Shown one piece after another: positions 25,915 through 38,251 of a stretch of DNA of 64,000 bases. Each line of letters opens with the position of its first letter. The first letter of the stretch is position 1. The notes under the pieces were generated by a model. It searched no databases and had not been told where the DNA came from. It saw only the letters and a program-made list of their open reading frames with translations. The DNA comes from a virus, in IMG/VR virus record IMGVR_UViG_3300045988_049951; one strand, 5' to 3'. The translations under genes were made by a program, and so were the position numbers.

Positions 25915-26316
25915 ATGATTACAGACTTAAAAACATTACTAAATTAGGACGAGTTTAAGAATCTCGTTGATGCAATTAATAAGAACTAGGAGTATTATCT
26001 ATCAAGTAATGGTCTAACCATTAAAGCGGAATCTACAGATGATTCTTTATTCTTATTAATATCTTATGAGAGATAGAAAGAGGAAAGCTGTCTAGCTAAT
26101 GAAGAAGTAGGCAAATTCCAGAAATACTTAGAATCTTTAGATGATGATTTATTTATAGATGTCTGCGAATATCTAGGGGAATCCGAACTGAATAAAATTC
26201 AAGAATGTTTGGAAAGTGGAAAATTGGAATCAGTAAGAGCTGGAATTACTAAATTCAGAATGGCATTATCTAATGTGGTAACTATGAAAATAGAACAACT
26301 GAAAGCATATGTATGA
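25915..26316 (+). CDS. hypothetical protein (about 133 aa) with three in-frame TAG codons; first gene of the recoded module
   Basis: Continuous frame from ATGATTACAGAC to TGA if TAG is read as sense (MITDLKTLLNQDEFKNLVDAINKNQEYY...). Confidence 0.45.
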
Positions 26317-26453
26317 ACAAATAGCTCAAATAAGAATACTCCTTGCTAATGTAAATGCAACCATGTAGGCTTTATTTCACGAAAACGAACAGCTAAGGAA
26401 AGAACTAGAGAAATTGGCAGCGGAGAATAAATCTCTAAAAGAGAAATAAATAC

Positions 26454-26525
26454 TGCCCTATGGTGTAATGGTCAGCACAGATGACTCTAAATCATTTAGT
26501 CTGGGTTCGAATCCTAGTAGGGCAA
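26454..26525 (+). tRNA. suppressor tRNA-Gln-like with anticodon CTA (reads UAG)
   Basis: TGCCCTA TG GTGT AATGGTCAGCAC A GATGA-CTCTAAA-TCATT TAGTC CTGGGTTCGAATCCTAG TAGGGCA A; the body closely resembles the genome's tRNA-Gln(TTG) (same TGGTGTAATGGT D-arm). Confidence 0.8.
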
Positions 26526-26766
26526 CGCCAAAATTAATAGTTATGATAAATTTAAATGAGAATTATGCTGTAACTCCAACAGGAGCTAAGACCCTTATTA
26601 TTGAAGAGGGAGATGATTGGAATAAAGTTTGCGATAAGGTAGTTGGATGTAGATTTGATTACATATTTGTACCTCAAGAATTTGAGAATCAAGCCTGCTA
26701 CTTTCTTCCACAAATAAGTATTCAAGGAAAGCAGATAGGTAAGATATGTACTTATAAAGTAGTGAA

Positions 26767-27081
26767 ATGAAACAGTGTGCAGTCGTATTGAATGGTAATG
26801 ATGTTGTCAAAGTTTCTAATTTAAAAAGAAAGTATGACAAAATAATGAGTAATCCCAATATGAAAATATTGGAGGAGTGTGATAAGGAAATGCTAGATGA
26901 GAAATACAACTACTGGAATAGAACATTAAATAGAAATATAGAAGAGGAGAAAAATGAGGAAGCAAAACTCCATCATTTTAGGAATCCAAAAACAGGTTGC
27001 ACTATAGCAAGTATCTATCCAGATTTAGAGGAATGTAAATCATATATAAAAGACTGGATGGATTATGTTAAACTTGACTGA
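26767..27081 (+). CDS. hypothetical protein (104 aa, no TAG)
   Basis: ORF track. Confidence 0.45.
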   Translation: MKQCAVVLNGNDVVKVSNLKRKYDKIMSNPNMKILEECDKEMLDEKYNYWNRTLNRNIEEEKNEEAKLHHFRNPKTGCTIASIYPDLEECKSYIKDWMDYVKLD

Positions 27082-27249
27082 TAAATACAATGAACTAACT
27101 AAGCCAAATTTAAAAGAGTTATCTGAAACTATACTCCTAGCAGCAGAATCTTTAATTGAGATTGTTGCAGAAGAAGGAAAACAAAATGAACAATGGTTTC
27201 TAGATTACCTAGATGAATTAAATAGACTAAGTGTAATATACTAAAATAT

Positions 27250-27486
27250 ATGGATAAAGAATTTAAATTTGAAGTCTTTATTAACGGTCAACTAATAAAT
27301 ATGATAAAAGCCGGATATTTAGAAAGTACACTTAGAAGTGTTCCGGAGAATAAATCATTACTGATTGATATATGGAATGTAGTTGACAATTCAGTTAGAA
27401 ATCTAATTAAAAATGGACTATATAAAGACACTACACTAGAAAAAGCAATAATTGATAATACATTTGAGGGATATGATAGACTTTAA
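27250..27486 (+). CDS. hypothetical protein (78 aa)
   Basis: ORF track. Confidence 0.4.
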   Translation: MDKEFKFEVFINGQLINMIKAGYLESTLRSVPENKSLLIDIWNVVDNSVRNLIKNGLYKDTTLEKAIIDNTFEGYDRL

Positions 27487-27692
27487 AAAGACATTGACAA
27501 ACTTACATAATGAATTTCCAGAATTTGACTTGGATACATTATTTAAAATAGTAGATGCTATAGTAGAAACTTCTACTCCTACAATAACCATCCCAAGTGG
27601 TATTAGATAGCCATCAGATAAACCTTGGTGGGAGGATGGTATAAATAGAATCACTTGTACTTATGATACAAAGTATAATGTTAAATAAAAAT

Positions 27693-27730
27693 AGGCGAAC
27701 CTAATCTCTAGGCTCGCCTATTTTGTTATA
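27693..27730. terminator. hairpin AGGCGAACCTA...TAGGCTCGCCT followed by a T-rich tract; probably a bidirectional intrinsic terminator
   Basis: 10-bp stem with one mismatch and a 5-nt loop, followed by ATTTTGTTATATAAT; sits between converging plus- and minus-strand genes. Confidence 0.4.
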
Positions 27731-28011
27731 TAATATAGTACCAATCAGTTCTCTCCATGACTCCCTTTTCTCTAAGCTATTTATTATCTAAATGATAATC
27801 TCCGTTTCTGAAATTCAATTCCTTTTTAGAATAATCCCAATAAAAATATCCTCTCCATCCAGGAAGTAAGAGAGTACGACCTGTTGCCGCGTGTAAAGTT
27901 GCTTTGTTATAGTCCATGTTACTTTTTAAATATAAATAGTAAATATAGATATATTCTTAATACAATCTCTTTAATGCACTTAATAATGTTTTTCATCGTT
28001 TCTTAGTTTTA

Positions 28012-28335
28012 ATAAATCCATAAGTTCCCTTCTTTAATCTAGTAGTAGGAATCCATCCATTATCTAGAATAGACCTATGTCCACTCGGTTTATGTATCTT
28101 AGCCCCATCTTCGTGTTTCCATTTAGAAGCATTTCTAGCAAAATTAGCTCGCTTCTTCTAAAGAGGGGTAGCGTTAGGATTGTTTAGTACATGCTTAGCG
28201 TGTTCTTGTACAGATTCTCCTGCTGCCTTGGCAGATGCTGTAAATTTGCCTCTGTTCTTCTCTTTAATGTGAATGCCCGACCCATTTTTGAAAATTGGAC
28301 ACCCAAATGTTGTAATTTTCTTACTGTTAGACATT
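28012..28335 (-). CDS. basic small protein (108 aa) on the minus strand inside the late module, with one in-frame TAG
   Basis: Manual translation MSNSKKITTFGCPIF...NATPL(TAG)KKRANFARNASKWKHEDG...KKR; shows that the recoding is not strand-specific. Confidence 0.35.
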
Positions 28336-28448
28336 TTTAATATAATGTATTATTTATTGATTTGTATCTTACAAAGAATATTAATATACTTGAAAAGTAT
28401 CAAATAAATATAGATAAATGTGATAAATGATTAAATGAATTATGACTA

Positions 28449-29363
28449 ATGGACAAAAGTAAAATTACAAAACAAAATGGGAACATAGCTTTTGAGGAAG
28501 AAGCTCATATTTATTATGATGTTACAAAGCCAGAGCAGAAGTTTATATCTGTAACGACTTTAATTCATTCTTTCACCCAACCATTTGATAAGGAGTTCTG
28601 GTCAGCATATAAAGCACTAGAGAAACTCTTACCTAAAGAAGATTGGGCTATAGAAAAAAAGTCTTTGTTGAACACTAAGAAATTTGATAAAGTTCTACTT
28701 GAACTTCATAACATTACAGAAGACGAGTTTAATAAAGAGCAACAAGCTATCTTAGATGCTTGGGATTTAGAGAATAGAAACTCATGCGAGAGGGGAACTA
28801 AAATCCATGCAGATTTGGAAAACTCTTTCTATAAAAAGAAACAGAACATAGACCTTAGTAAATATCAAATAGGTGGCAAGTTCGAGTGTATAAAAGACCA
28901 CAATGAATTAGACTTAGAGAATGGTGTATATCCTGAGTATTTAATATCTAGAGTATCGGATGATGGAAAGCTAAGAATAGCAGGACAGATTGACTTATTA
29001 GTTAAAAGGGGAAATAAGATAATTATAGGAGACTGGAAGACCAATAAGAAAATAGAAACTAAGAGTTTCTTCAATTCTAAAACCAAAACTTCTGTTAAGA
29101 TGAAATATCCTCTAAATAATTTAGATGATGTTAATTACTGGCACTATACTTTACAATTAAGTACTTATGCTTGGATGATTCAAAAGAAAAATCCAGAGTT
29201 TGAAATAGAGGATTTGGTTTTGGTACATTTCGATCATAATGACAATATGACAGTATATCACTTGCCATACCTAAAAGATGAGGTTATAAAAATGCTAGCC
29301 TTCTACAAGAAGGAATCTATATTGGCAGAAAATAAAAGAAAACGTCAACGTATTGAATATTAA
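28449..29363 (+). CDS. PD-(D/E)XK-family nuclease (YqaJ / Cas4 / lambda-exo-like), 304 aa, no TAG
   Basis: AHIYYDV...ISVTTLI, then GQIDLLVKRGNKIIIGDWKTNKK and YTLQLSTYAWM, fit the D...D/E-x-K plus QxxxY arrangement of phage exonucleases. Confidence 0.45.
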   Translation: MDKSKITKQNGNIAFEEEAHIYYDVTKPEQKFISVTTLIHSFTQPFDKEFWSAYKALEKLLPKEDWAIEKKSLLNTKKFDKVLLELHNITEDEFNKEQQAILDAWDLENRNSCERGTKIHADLENSFYKKKQNIDLSKYQIGGKFECIKDHNELDLENGVYPEYLISRVSDDGKLRIAGQIDLLVKRGNKIIIGDWKTNKKIETKSFFNSKTKTSVKMKYPLNNLDDVNYWHYTLQLSTYAWMIQKKNPEFEIEDLVLVHFDHNDNMTVYHLPYLKDEVIKMLAFYKKESILAENKRKRQRIEY

Positions 29364-29365
29364 TT

Positions 29366-29581
29366 ATGACACTAGAGGAAATAGAAGAAAGATTTGAGAT
29401 ATGTAGACGCTGCCCAATATGTGACCAAGATAATGGATTATGTAATGGGCATTTGTATCTAAATCCAAAGAATAATGATATAAGTATAAGCCCTAAAGAA
29501 GGGTATATAAAGGGATGTGGATGTTTACTAGAGAAGAAGATTCCAAACGAAAAGAAACATTGCCCAGCAGGGAAATGGTAA
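29366..29581 (+). CDS. small Cys-rich protein (71 aa), paralog of the next gene
   Basis: CRRCPICD...GCGCLL...HCPAGKW; ORF track. Confidence 0.4.
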   Translation: MTLEEIEERFEICRRCPICDQDNGLCNGHLYLNPKNNDISISPKEGYIKGCGCLLEKKIPNEKKHCPAGKW

Positions 29582-29898
29582 TCTATGGAACTCCTATATT
29601 ATATAAACCAGATAAGCATTATATACTTACTGTCCAAAATATAAACGGGAAGGAGGAAGAAGATATGATATGGAAATGGATTAAAGCAATATTTATTAAA
29701 CCTTTAACAATATTGAAAAGTATATATTTCAATATATTCGGAATAAATCAAGATTTGGCAACCAAAAGATTAAAAATTTGTGACACTTGTTCCCATAAAT
29801 TACAAACATCTGTTGGGGAAGTGTGCGATGAATGTGGTTGTATACTAGAGAATAAAACAAGAATTGAAGATGAACATTGTGATTTATGTAAATGGTAA
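29575..29898 (+). CDS. small Cys-rich protein (about 107 aa; start trimmed to MVIYGTP), paralog of the previous gene
   Basis: ICDTCSHK...CDECGCIL...HCDLCKW; ATGGTAA start/stop overlap with the previous gene. Confidence 0.4.
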   Translation: MVIYGTPILYKPDKHYILTVQNINGKEEEDMIWKWIKAIFIKPLTILKSIYFNIFGINQDLATKRLKICDTCSHKLQTSVGEVCDECGCILENKTRIEDEHCDLCKW

Positions 29899-29906
29899 AA
29901 TGAATT

Positions 29907-30509
29907 ATGGAAACTTTAAGAACAGAATTAAACAGTAACGAAAAACTAGCACTATCATTAACCGGAATGGAAGGTACGGGAGAACATTTTATTTTAAATG
30001 GAGAGGCTGCAGACCAAACATTATTAAGAGAAAAACAAGAGAAGTTTAATACCGCAGTAGATGAGTTAGAAGATAAATTCTCTAAACATAATCAGGCACT
30101 AGAGGATTACGCTAAATCATTATCTAACGATATGAATGGAGTTGAAATTATGCCGATGTATGGGTATGCATTAATTAAACCCTTTGAACAAAACCCATTC
30201 CAAAAAATAAAAACTACTAAAAGCGGTCTTATTACTGATTTAGGTGGATTTACTCCTACTTATAAATCTAATGAGACTGGAGAAATTGAAGAAGAGCAAC
30301 AATTTATTAAGGTAGGAACTGTGATAGAAGTAGGACATAAGTGTGAGTTCTTGAAGCCTGGAGATATTGTATTTTATACAATAGCTAGTGAATGTATGGT
30401 TCCATTCTATAAACTAGGATTTGTAGTAGTTAATGAGAATAGAATCATGGCTGTAGTTAATGAGAAACTAACTGAAAGAAGAGACGAATTGAAGCATGGA
30501 AACAATTGA
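29907..30509 (+). CDS. hypothetical protein whose C-terminal region resembles GroES/Hsp10 (possible co-chaperonin, as T4 gp31 is)
   Basis: ...FIKVGTVIEVGHKCEFLKPGDIVFY...VVNENRIMAVV resembles GroES VKVGDRVLF...; weak. Confidence 0.3.
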   Translation: METLRTELNSNEKLALSLTGMEGTGEHFILNGEAADQTLLREKQEKFNTAVDELEDKFSKHNQALEDYAKSLSNDMNGVEIMPMYGYALIKPFEQNPFQKIKTTKSGLITDLGGFTPTYKSNETGEIEEEQQFIKVGTVIEVGHKCEFLKPGDIVFYTIASECMVPFYKLGFVVVNENRIMAVVNEKLTERRDELKHGNN

Positions 30510-30720
30510 TGAAAAAGTTTATTTTAAGCCTGGGGATTGTGTTACTTTACGGTAGTGTAAAGTAATGCACTCTCCAGTTATGCTTGTTCTAAGAAGAGAA
30601 GCAGCTTTATTTAAAGATAACCAAGGATTACGAGGACTAAGATGTAGATGGTTTACTGATTCTGGATTAATGCAGGAAGCAGTATTTAATACAAAGGATT
30701 TAATTAAAGTAGAAGAGTAA
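30496..30720 (+). CDS. DUF2158-like small protein (one in-frame TAG)
   Basis: KPGDCVTLR(TAG)CKVMHSPVMLVL...CRWF matches the GDxVxLKSGGPxMTV...W pattern. Confidence 0.35.
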
Positions 30721-31292
30721 TGGCTAATTAGGAAGAATTACAGAAAGCATTCATGGCATACTTGATACAAGATGCCCAAGCACAAGGGATACAACTACAA
30801 TCAGAGCAAGATTTATAGGCTTACGCTGAGTAGCTTGGAGAAGATGGAATCAAAGCCAAGTATCAAGAATTTATGTAGAAGATGCAAGGCGGAGTTATGG
30901 CTAGACTTGGAGCTAAACTAGAATACTATAAAAAATTAAAAGGAGTATGCCCAGAAGGAGAGGAACTTGTTTATTTTAAACAGGGAGGAAGAATCTGCAA
31001 AGCTTGCCAAAAAGCATAGAAAGGAACTAAGGTTACTAAGAAAGCTAATGAAGTTGACAAGTTCAAGGCTGGAAGAGCTTAGTATAAAAAGGATATGAAA
31101 TCTGCAAAGGATGAAGCATCCAGAGATTCTGTATCTATTAATAAATATAATGACTAGGAGGTCATGGCAAATAGAGGACACAAGGGAAACTTTAAAAATG
31201 GAAAATGGGTTCCAGATAGAACAAAGTATGCTAAGAAAGATGCTTGTGGTTCTAAAATGAAAGTAAGTAAATGCGGTTCTAAAATGAAATAA
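30720..31292 (+). CDS. hypothetical Gln-rich / basic protein (190 aa) with about 13 in-frame TAG codons
   Basis: Continuous frame from the ATG at 30720 (overlapping TAATG) to the TAA at 31290 if TAG is sense. Confidence 0.45.
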
Positions 31293-31322
31293 AAAGATTA
31301 AAGATGTTAATGTTAATGATTG

Positions 31323-31889
31323 ATGAGTATGAATGTATTTAATTATAACACTTTAACTAAATAGTTAGAAATAAATGAACCAGAGCTTCTTCTAGTTAAA
31401 GAGTTTAAGGCTTTGATACAGAGGGATAAATCTGTTGACAAGGAACGAGTAACTAGAGAATTATCTTACATTTATCTAGCTATTGATTGGAAGAGTCCCT
31501 ATAGCCAATATTCAGAACATGAAAGACATGATGAAGCTATTAGTGACTCTGGACTATCTGAATCCGAATTTAATGACCCGTTATTCAGGGAAGCCTGTAG
31601 AAAATACCGAGCATTGTAGGATTCTAACAAATCAATAAAACTTCTAGAAGCAGCTAAAAGAGCAGCTGACTAGTTTATTGATTATTTTGATACTATAGTA
31701 GATTTAAATGAACGTGATAATAATGGCAAACCCGTCTTTCAAGCTGAAAAGGTAATGAAAGAAATGGCTACTCTTCATAAAGTTCATGAAGAATTAGTAA
31801 CACTAGAAGAGCAGGTTAAGAAAGAGCTTACAGAACAATCTACTGTAAGAGGTGGAGCTACAGACGGCTTTGACCCAGGAGACTTTTAA
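31323..31889 (+). CDS. putative terminase small subunit (188 aa, two in-frame TAG); assigned by position only
   Basis: Continuous frame immediately upstream of the terminase large subunit; helical, acidic C-terminus. Confidence 0.3.
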
Positions 31890-31891
31890 TT

Positions 31892-34252
31892 ATGCCTAGA
31901 AAGAAAAAAATATTACCTGAAGAAATCTAGAATATAGTAGATTAGGTAAGAGAGAAAGAACAAAAAGAGGATGCCAAAGAAGCTAGAGAACTAGTATAGA
32001 AGATAAGAGAGGAAAGAGGCAAAAATGCTGATTATTGGGATGTAAAAAGAGGAGATAAGATAGAGGTATTTGACCCTACTTTATCTTATGAAATAACTGG
32101 ATATAGACCAATAGATGAAACACATGGTCTTGATTTCGACCCAGATTGGTTTACTGAGACCAGAGAAGTATATAGAAAAACTGGAAAGTATTGTCCATAT
32201 CTAAAAGATAGTAAGAGATATAATGAGTTTTGGAAGGAATAGTATAGAAGATGTAAATATGGAATGACTGTTAATGGTTATACAATTACTGGAGATAACT
32301 ATTTCTTCCTAAACTTCTACTAGCTTCCTATTATTGATGATAACAAGGCATCTGGAGAAGGAACAAGTAGTGACTTTCCTATATTTTTCGCATCTCATTA
32401 TATGTTCTTTCATTATCTATAGATGGCTAGAGTTCTGCATAAACACGCAGCTCTTATGAAAGCTCGTTCTATTGGATTCTCTGAAATAAATGCATCCTTA
32501 TCTGCAAGAATGTATTCAGTAATCAGAAGAAGCAGAGTAATGATTACCTGTTTTAATGATACCTTCCTTAAAGGTACTTTTAGTAAGTTTGATAATGCTT
32601 TAACATTCTTGAATACTTGTACAGGAGGAGGATTCTTCAAACTACGTTTGATTGACCAAGACTTAAGAAAGAAGTCCGGTAAACAGATTAAGGTAAACGG
32701 ACAGTTTGAGGATGTTGGATTTAAATCGGAAGTAGTTGGAATAAATGGAGCTAAGGCATCTAATATTCGTGGAGACCGTGTTGACCTATTAATATATGAT
32801 GAAGCGGGGTCTTGGCCCGGACTAGATACTGCTGTAGTGCAGGGACAAGAGCTTTGTGAAGTTCAGGGTAAACCTCGTGGAACAATGTTATTTGGAGGTA
32901 CTGGTGGTGATATGGGTGCTCCATTAGCAGGTCTTAAGAAGATATATTACAATCCAAAAGCTTACAAAGTTCTTCCATTTAGACATAATTATACACAGGA
33001 TGGGACTACTATTGAAAGTGGGTTCTTCATTCCATATTTTGTCTAGTCTCTAAATTCAGAATACATGGACCATAGAGGTGTATGTAATACAGTAGAATAT
33101 AAAAAGTATCTATAGGAAGAGCGTGACAATTTATTAGCAGTTCCAGACGACTATCTAAAGAAGTGTGCCGAACGATGTTGGAATGCAGAAGAAGCATTTA
33201 ATCTTGAAGGTGTTAACAAGTTCAACAAGATTCTTATTGCGGACCAGTTAGCTAATATAAGACTTAAGAAAATAGGACCAAGACCAGAATCTGGATACAT
33301 AGACTATTTCTATAAAAATAATAAACACACCTAGGATAATATAGATGGTTTTAAATGGATTCCTAATATTAACGGAAAAGTAAAAATACTTGAACATCCT
33401 GTATGGTCTGATTTGTATAAAGAGTAGATGGATAAACTTAGATAGGAAGCCGAGGAAAGGGGAGAAGAATTTGAATCTCCAGCGTACAAAGAAATGCATG
33501 ATTTATATGTTGCAGGAATAGACGGTATTGATATAGGAGCTAGTCAAACTTCAAAAGAAACAAGAGATCCTTCTGATTTCTGTATAACTATAAAAAGAAG
33601 AGCGTTTGGTCTAAACGAACCGTAGTATGTTGCTATGTATAAAGACAGACCTAATGACATTAGAGAAGCTTATAAAATAGCTATGTGCTTAGCTAGATAC
33701 TATAATTGTAGAATAAACATAGAAGCTACTCGTGTAGGTATGATTACTTGGGCTAGAGAAAAGGGTTGTTTAAACTACTTTATGAAAAGACCTAGAGCTA
33801 CTCTAACAGACGTCAAGAATGGAACTACTAAATAGTACGGAACACCCGCTACCAAAACTATTATAGAACAACATACTGATTTGACAGCAGCCTTTATTGA
33901 GGATTTCTGTCATACTATATGGTTTGAAGAAATGTTAGACCAATTTACTGGATATAATGATGAGAATAAAGGTAAATTCGATATTGTAGCAGCTGTGGGA
34001 ATGACAGAATTGGCAGACTAGGAATTGTCAGGAAGATAGCCAGTGCTTGTTGAAAAAGAAGTTGAACAATTCCAAGATTATGGTTATTATTACGACGAGA
34101 GAGGAATCAAAAGATTTGGGGTTATACCAACTTCTAAGACTTTTGAAACTAACATACAAAAAAATGAATACGATGACCCATACAGAATTGAAACAAGTGA
34201 TCCTAGGTTATATGAGAGACTTGTACAAAATGGAATACGTAGGTGGGCTTGA
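31892..34252 (+). CDS. terL: terminase large subunit (about 786 aa) with about 15 in-frame TAG codons
   Basis: Single frame joins track ORFs 32423, 33635 and 34043; Walker-A-like KARSIGFSE, Walker-B VDLLIYDEAGSW, nuclease motif YVAGIDGIDIGAS...DFCITI...INIEATRVG. Confidence 0.6.
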
Positions 34253-34410
34253 AATTCAGAACCTAGATCCAGTTGGTTATAAGGTATCGTTTAACTTTGA
34301 TAGGTCAGAGATGCCTTTAGTCATTATAGCTGATTTACCTGATGAAGAATTTCTCCCATTTATAAAGGAAGAATTAAGAAGTAGGAAGTTACAAAGAGTT
34401 AAATACTATA

Positions 34411-36621
34411 ATGCAACTAAACTTCCTCCAGAACAGCATAATTTATGTTATGAAAGAAAAAGAACTGATAGACAAGACGAACGAGGCTATTGCGGAGCTT
34501 GTATATGATAAGTACGAATTATAGAAAGCCTATAATTACTATAACGGAAAGAGAGACCCAGAATAGTTTCGTTACCTGGAAGAAAACTTTGGAATAGGTA
34601 GTCCTACTTCTGTAGAATTTACACCATTACTAAAAAAGCACGTAGATGCTCTAGTAGGGGAATATCTAGGAACCCCTATCCTTCCGAAGATTTCTTGTAA
34701 GGATTCAGATACCATTAGTAATATCACCAGAGAAAAATAGTTAGAAATAACTAAAGGAATAGTTAAATTTCTTAGAGACCATTTAAGTAATTCTATTCTG
34801 AAATTTATCGACGGAAAAGATATTACAGATAAAGCCGTGAAGACTTAGTTAGATAAAATTATTCAAGACATTGATTAGTCTTTTATTTCTCAATATGAGA
34901 TAGCTGCATAGAATATTATTCATTATATTATGCAGTCTAGAGAAACCGATTTAATAACTAAACTCCGATAGTTACTTACAGATTTATTAATTACTGGCTA
35001 TACATTTTTCAGAGTAAAATCATCATCTTCTGGAACTAACATAGAAATAGAAGTTCTGAATCCTTTAAATACTTTCGTAGATAGGAATCCAGAATCTCCA
35101 TATGTTAGAAATTCGTATAGAGTAGTAGTTAGAAAATGGATGAGTAAAAGCTAGATATTAGCTAAATACGGAAAAGAAATCTCTAGAGAAGATCTGAAAA
35201 GACTAAAAGATGAATGGAGAGCCGATGATTCAGCTGCAGTTTATAGAAGAGTTTATGGTGACACTTGTACTATAGTAAACGAAGACTAGAATCATGAAAC
35301 TATTCCTGGATATCCAGATAATGAATATAGTGCTCATAGATTTTAGTTAATTCCTGTTTATGATGTAGAGTGGATAGAAACTGATGACGATTTTGTAATG
35401 TAGAGATACAATACCATTAGAATTGGAGAAGAAATATATATTCTGAGAGGTCTAGACAAGACTGTTATGAGGTCAAAAGATAATCCTAATTTCTGCTCTT
35501 TGTCTGTGAATGGGGTATATTTCTTAAATCGTTCTCAACAACCGTACTCTCTGATATTAAAGTGTGCACATCTACAGGATAGATATGACTTGTTAAATTA
35601 TTATAGGGATAACCTGATAGCTAACAGCGGTACTGCTGGAGTAATCATGGATATGTCATTGCTTCCTACTAACCTAGGCGTAAAATGGCCAGAAAGAGTG
35701 TAGAAATGGTTAGCATACAAGAAGGGTGGTATCATGTGGATTGATTCTACTTAGGAAGGGAGAAATGACGGAGCGCAAGCACCTAACTAGATATACAATG
35801 GATTTGATGATACCTTAAAAGCTTAGGCTGTATAGGCTATTGAATTAGCAATTCAATCAGTAGAACAAACTACATCATCTATAACTGGAGTATTTAGAGA
35901 AAGATTAAATGGAATAGAAACTCACGATGCTGTAACTAATATTAAGCAAGGTGTTACTAACTCTTACATAGTAACCAAGCATTATTTCTAGTAGATGGAC
36001 CTAATCACTTGTGAGATATTATTGGATAGTCTAAACTAGGCTAAAATAACATATAAGAAAGGATTGACTGGTACTATTATACTTGGAGATAAATACTAGC
36101 AGATATTTACAGCACTTCCAGAATATTTTACGGTTACTGATTATGACATCCATATAACTTCTAGCTCTGAAGTAATGGAAGATTTACAAACTATTAAAGC
36201 CATTATTCCAGAGTTTGTTAAAAGTCAGCAAATGGATCCTGACATCATATTTGAAGCACTAACTGCTAAGAGTCTTACAGACCTTAAATATAAGGTTAAG
36301 AAAGCAGTATAGATTCGTAAAGAAGAAAACAATTAGCTATAGCAGCTATAGGAAAAACTGGAAGAAACTTCACAATAGGCACAGCAGTTACAGCAAGAAC
36401 TATAGAAAGCTTAGTAGAAGATAGAAAGTTTGGATGAATAGAGATTAGGATTAGAGTAGCAGAAAATGTAGTTAGAATATAAAGTTAACTGGCTCAAAGC
36501 TCAATCTGATTCTACATATAAAGATAGACAAATGGATATAGAAGAAAAGAGAACTGAAATAGAGTTAGCTTAGCTTCATGATGGAAATCCATATAATGAC
36601 AAAATAAGACAAATACATTAA
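34411..36621 (+). CDS. portal protein (about 735 aa) with many in-frame TAG codons; start 34411 or 34450
   Basis: Single frame through track ORF 35467; position after terL; Gln-rich coiled-coil C-terminus. Confidence 0.5.
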
Positions 36622-36622
36622 T

Positions 36623-37357
36623 ATGGCAACTGGAACAATTGTATATAATAAGGATTAGCAATAGATTTATCCTATTTCAGATGGTTCAGTAATTATTAGT
36701 AATGCTTCTGGTTCCAAATCAAATGTGGAAGAAGATTTAAAGAAACTATTTAAATAGGTGTCAGATCTTTCTGGTTCTAGTGAAGCGGTAAATAATATTA
36801 TTATTAAGATTCATTACTTACCTGCTGATACTGCTGAAGAATCTGAGATAAAATTATCTACTAAATAGTGGACTGATACTTTTGAACTTCCAACTGAAGA
36901 GAATCCATACATCTGGAAAAGAACTAAATTTACTTTCTAGGGAGCTGACGAATCTCAGGGAACTACTATTTATGAGATTGTGGCAAGCGATGTTTCTACT
37001 ATTATCTAGAATATATACACTAGAACTGAGGGAATAACTCCAGTTATTGAGTATAAGCAGAAAACAGATGAGGATGGAAATCCTCTATATGTAGATTCAG
37101 AAGGACATGAAACAACGACTGTTACTCCAACTAAGGCATATGACTATAATTATTATTGGAATGGGAAACCAGCTGGTAAATTAAATAGTCTACCACCAAC
37201 TCCTGAAGGTTAGTCATATACATGGACAGACTATCCTCAAGATATTAGTTTATCATTTAGTTCAGTTTTTATGTCTAGACGTATACGACAAGAAGGTAAG
37301 TGGAAACCATTTTCTACTCCTGCTCAATATGGTCAATGGCCTACTACTGAGTCTTAA
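36623..37357 (+). CDS. virion structural protein (about 244 aa)
   Basis: Continuous TAG-containing frame MATGTIVYNKDQQQIYPISDGS... Confidence 0.4.
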
Positions 37358-37367
37358 TTATTATAAT

Positions 37368-38097
37368 ATGGAATTTAGTATTGATATACATACCCAGATT
37401 AACGGGGAAATAACTATTGAAGACTTTTCAAAGGAATATGGATAGTATATTGATGAAGATTTAGAGGTAGTAACTTCCTATGATTCTTATAAGTATAGTG
37501 AAAGTGCTACCCTAAATACTATCATAAAAGTTAGTATAGGAGATGCTACTTTGATAGACGTACTTCTCAATGACCATACAGAGGATTTAGACTCTTGTAC
37601 ATTTAAGGTGAAAGAAGATGGATATTATGTAGTAGACCACATAATTCTTCCTAATATGAAATGGTATGAAAATTCATCTGATGAATACAAGGAGTATTAT
37701 GAAACTATCTATATAACTGATGGAGAGAAACTATATAAAGAAGTAGATCGAGAGCTAGAGGAATGTACTGTAAAAGAAATCCTTGAGAGAAATATAGAAG
37801 GAACTACTATCAAAAAATGTAAGGTAGATGTATTCTTTACAGGAAATCTGCAATAGTGTTATATTAACTACTGTAAGAAACTCTTTGACTCTTTATTAAA
37901 TAAGTGTCTAACTAGAGAACATGATGCAGATATATTTGCAAGAGATTTTATCTGGATGACACTTAACATTATAGATTATTTAATAGGCTTTAAACAATTC
38001 ATGGAAGCTGAAAGATTGTTAGCAATGTTCCGCACTTGCGGTGGATTCTGTGACAATCACCATGAACATAAACGTATAGGTTGTGGATGCTCTTAAA
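37368..38097 (+). CDS. hypothetical protein (243 aa) with Cys-rich C-terminus
   Basis: Frame contains track ORF 37551..37856; ends ...CGGFCDNHHEHKRIGCGCS. Confidence 0.45.
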
Positions 38098-38251
38098 AGA
38101 AAGGCTATTAAAAGGTATGAGGATTTCCTTAAAAGGGTTAGAAAGGGATATAGACCAGATTATTAGGATATTTTGAATCTAATTTGTTTTATTAACCTAC
38201 CCATAAAATTAGATAATCACGAATTTATTAAATAGCAATTATTGAATCATA

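Noticed and set aside
34047-34508. 153-aa plus-strand ORF between terL and the portal gene
   Set aside because: It is in a different frame, overlapping the terL 3' end and the portal 5' region (portal start at 34411 or 34450). It is probably a shadow of those genes.
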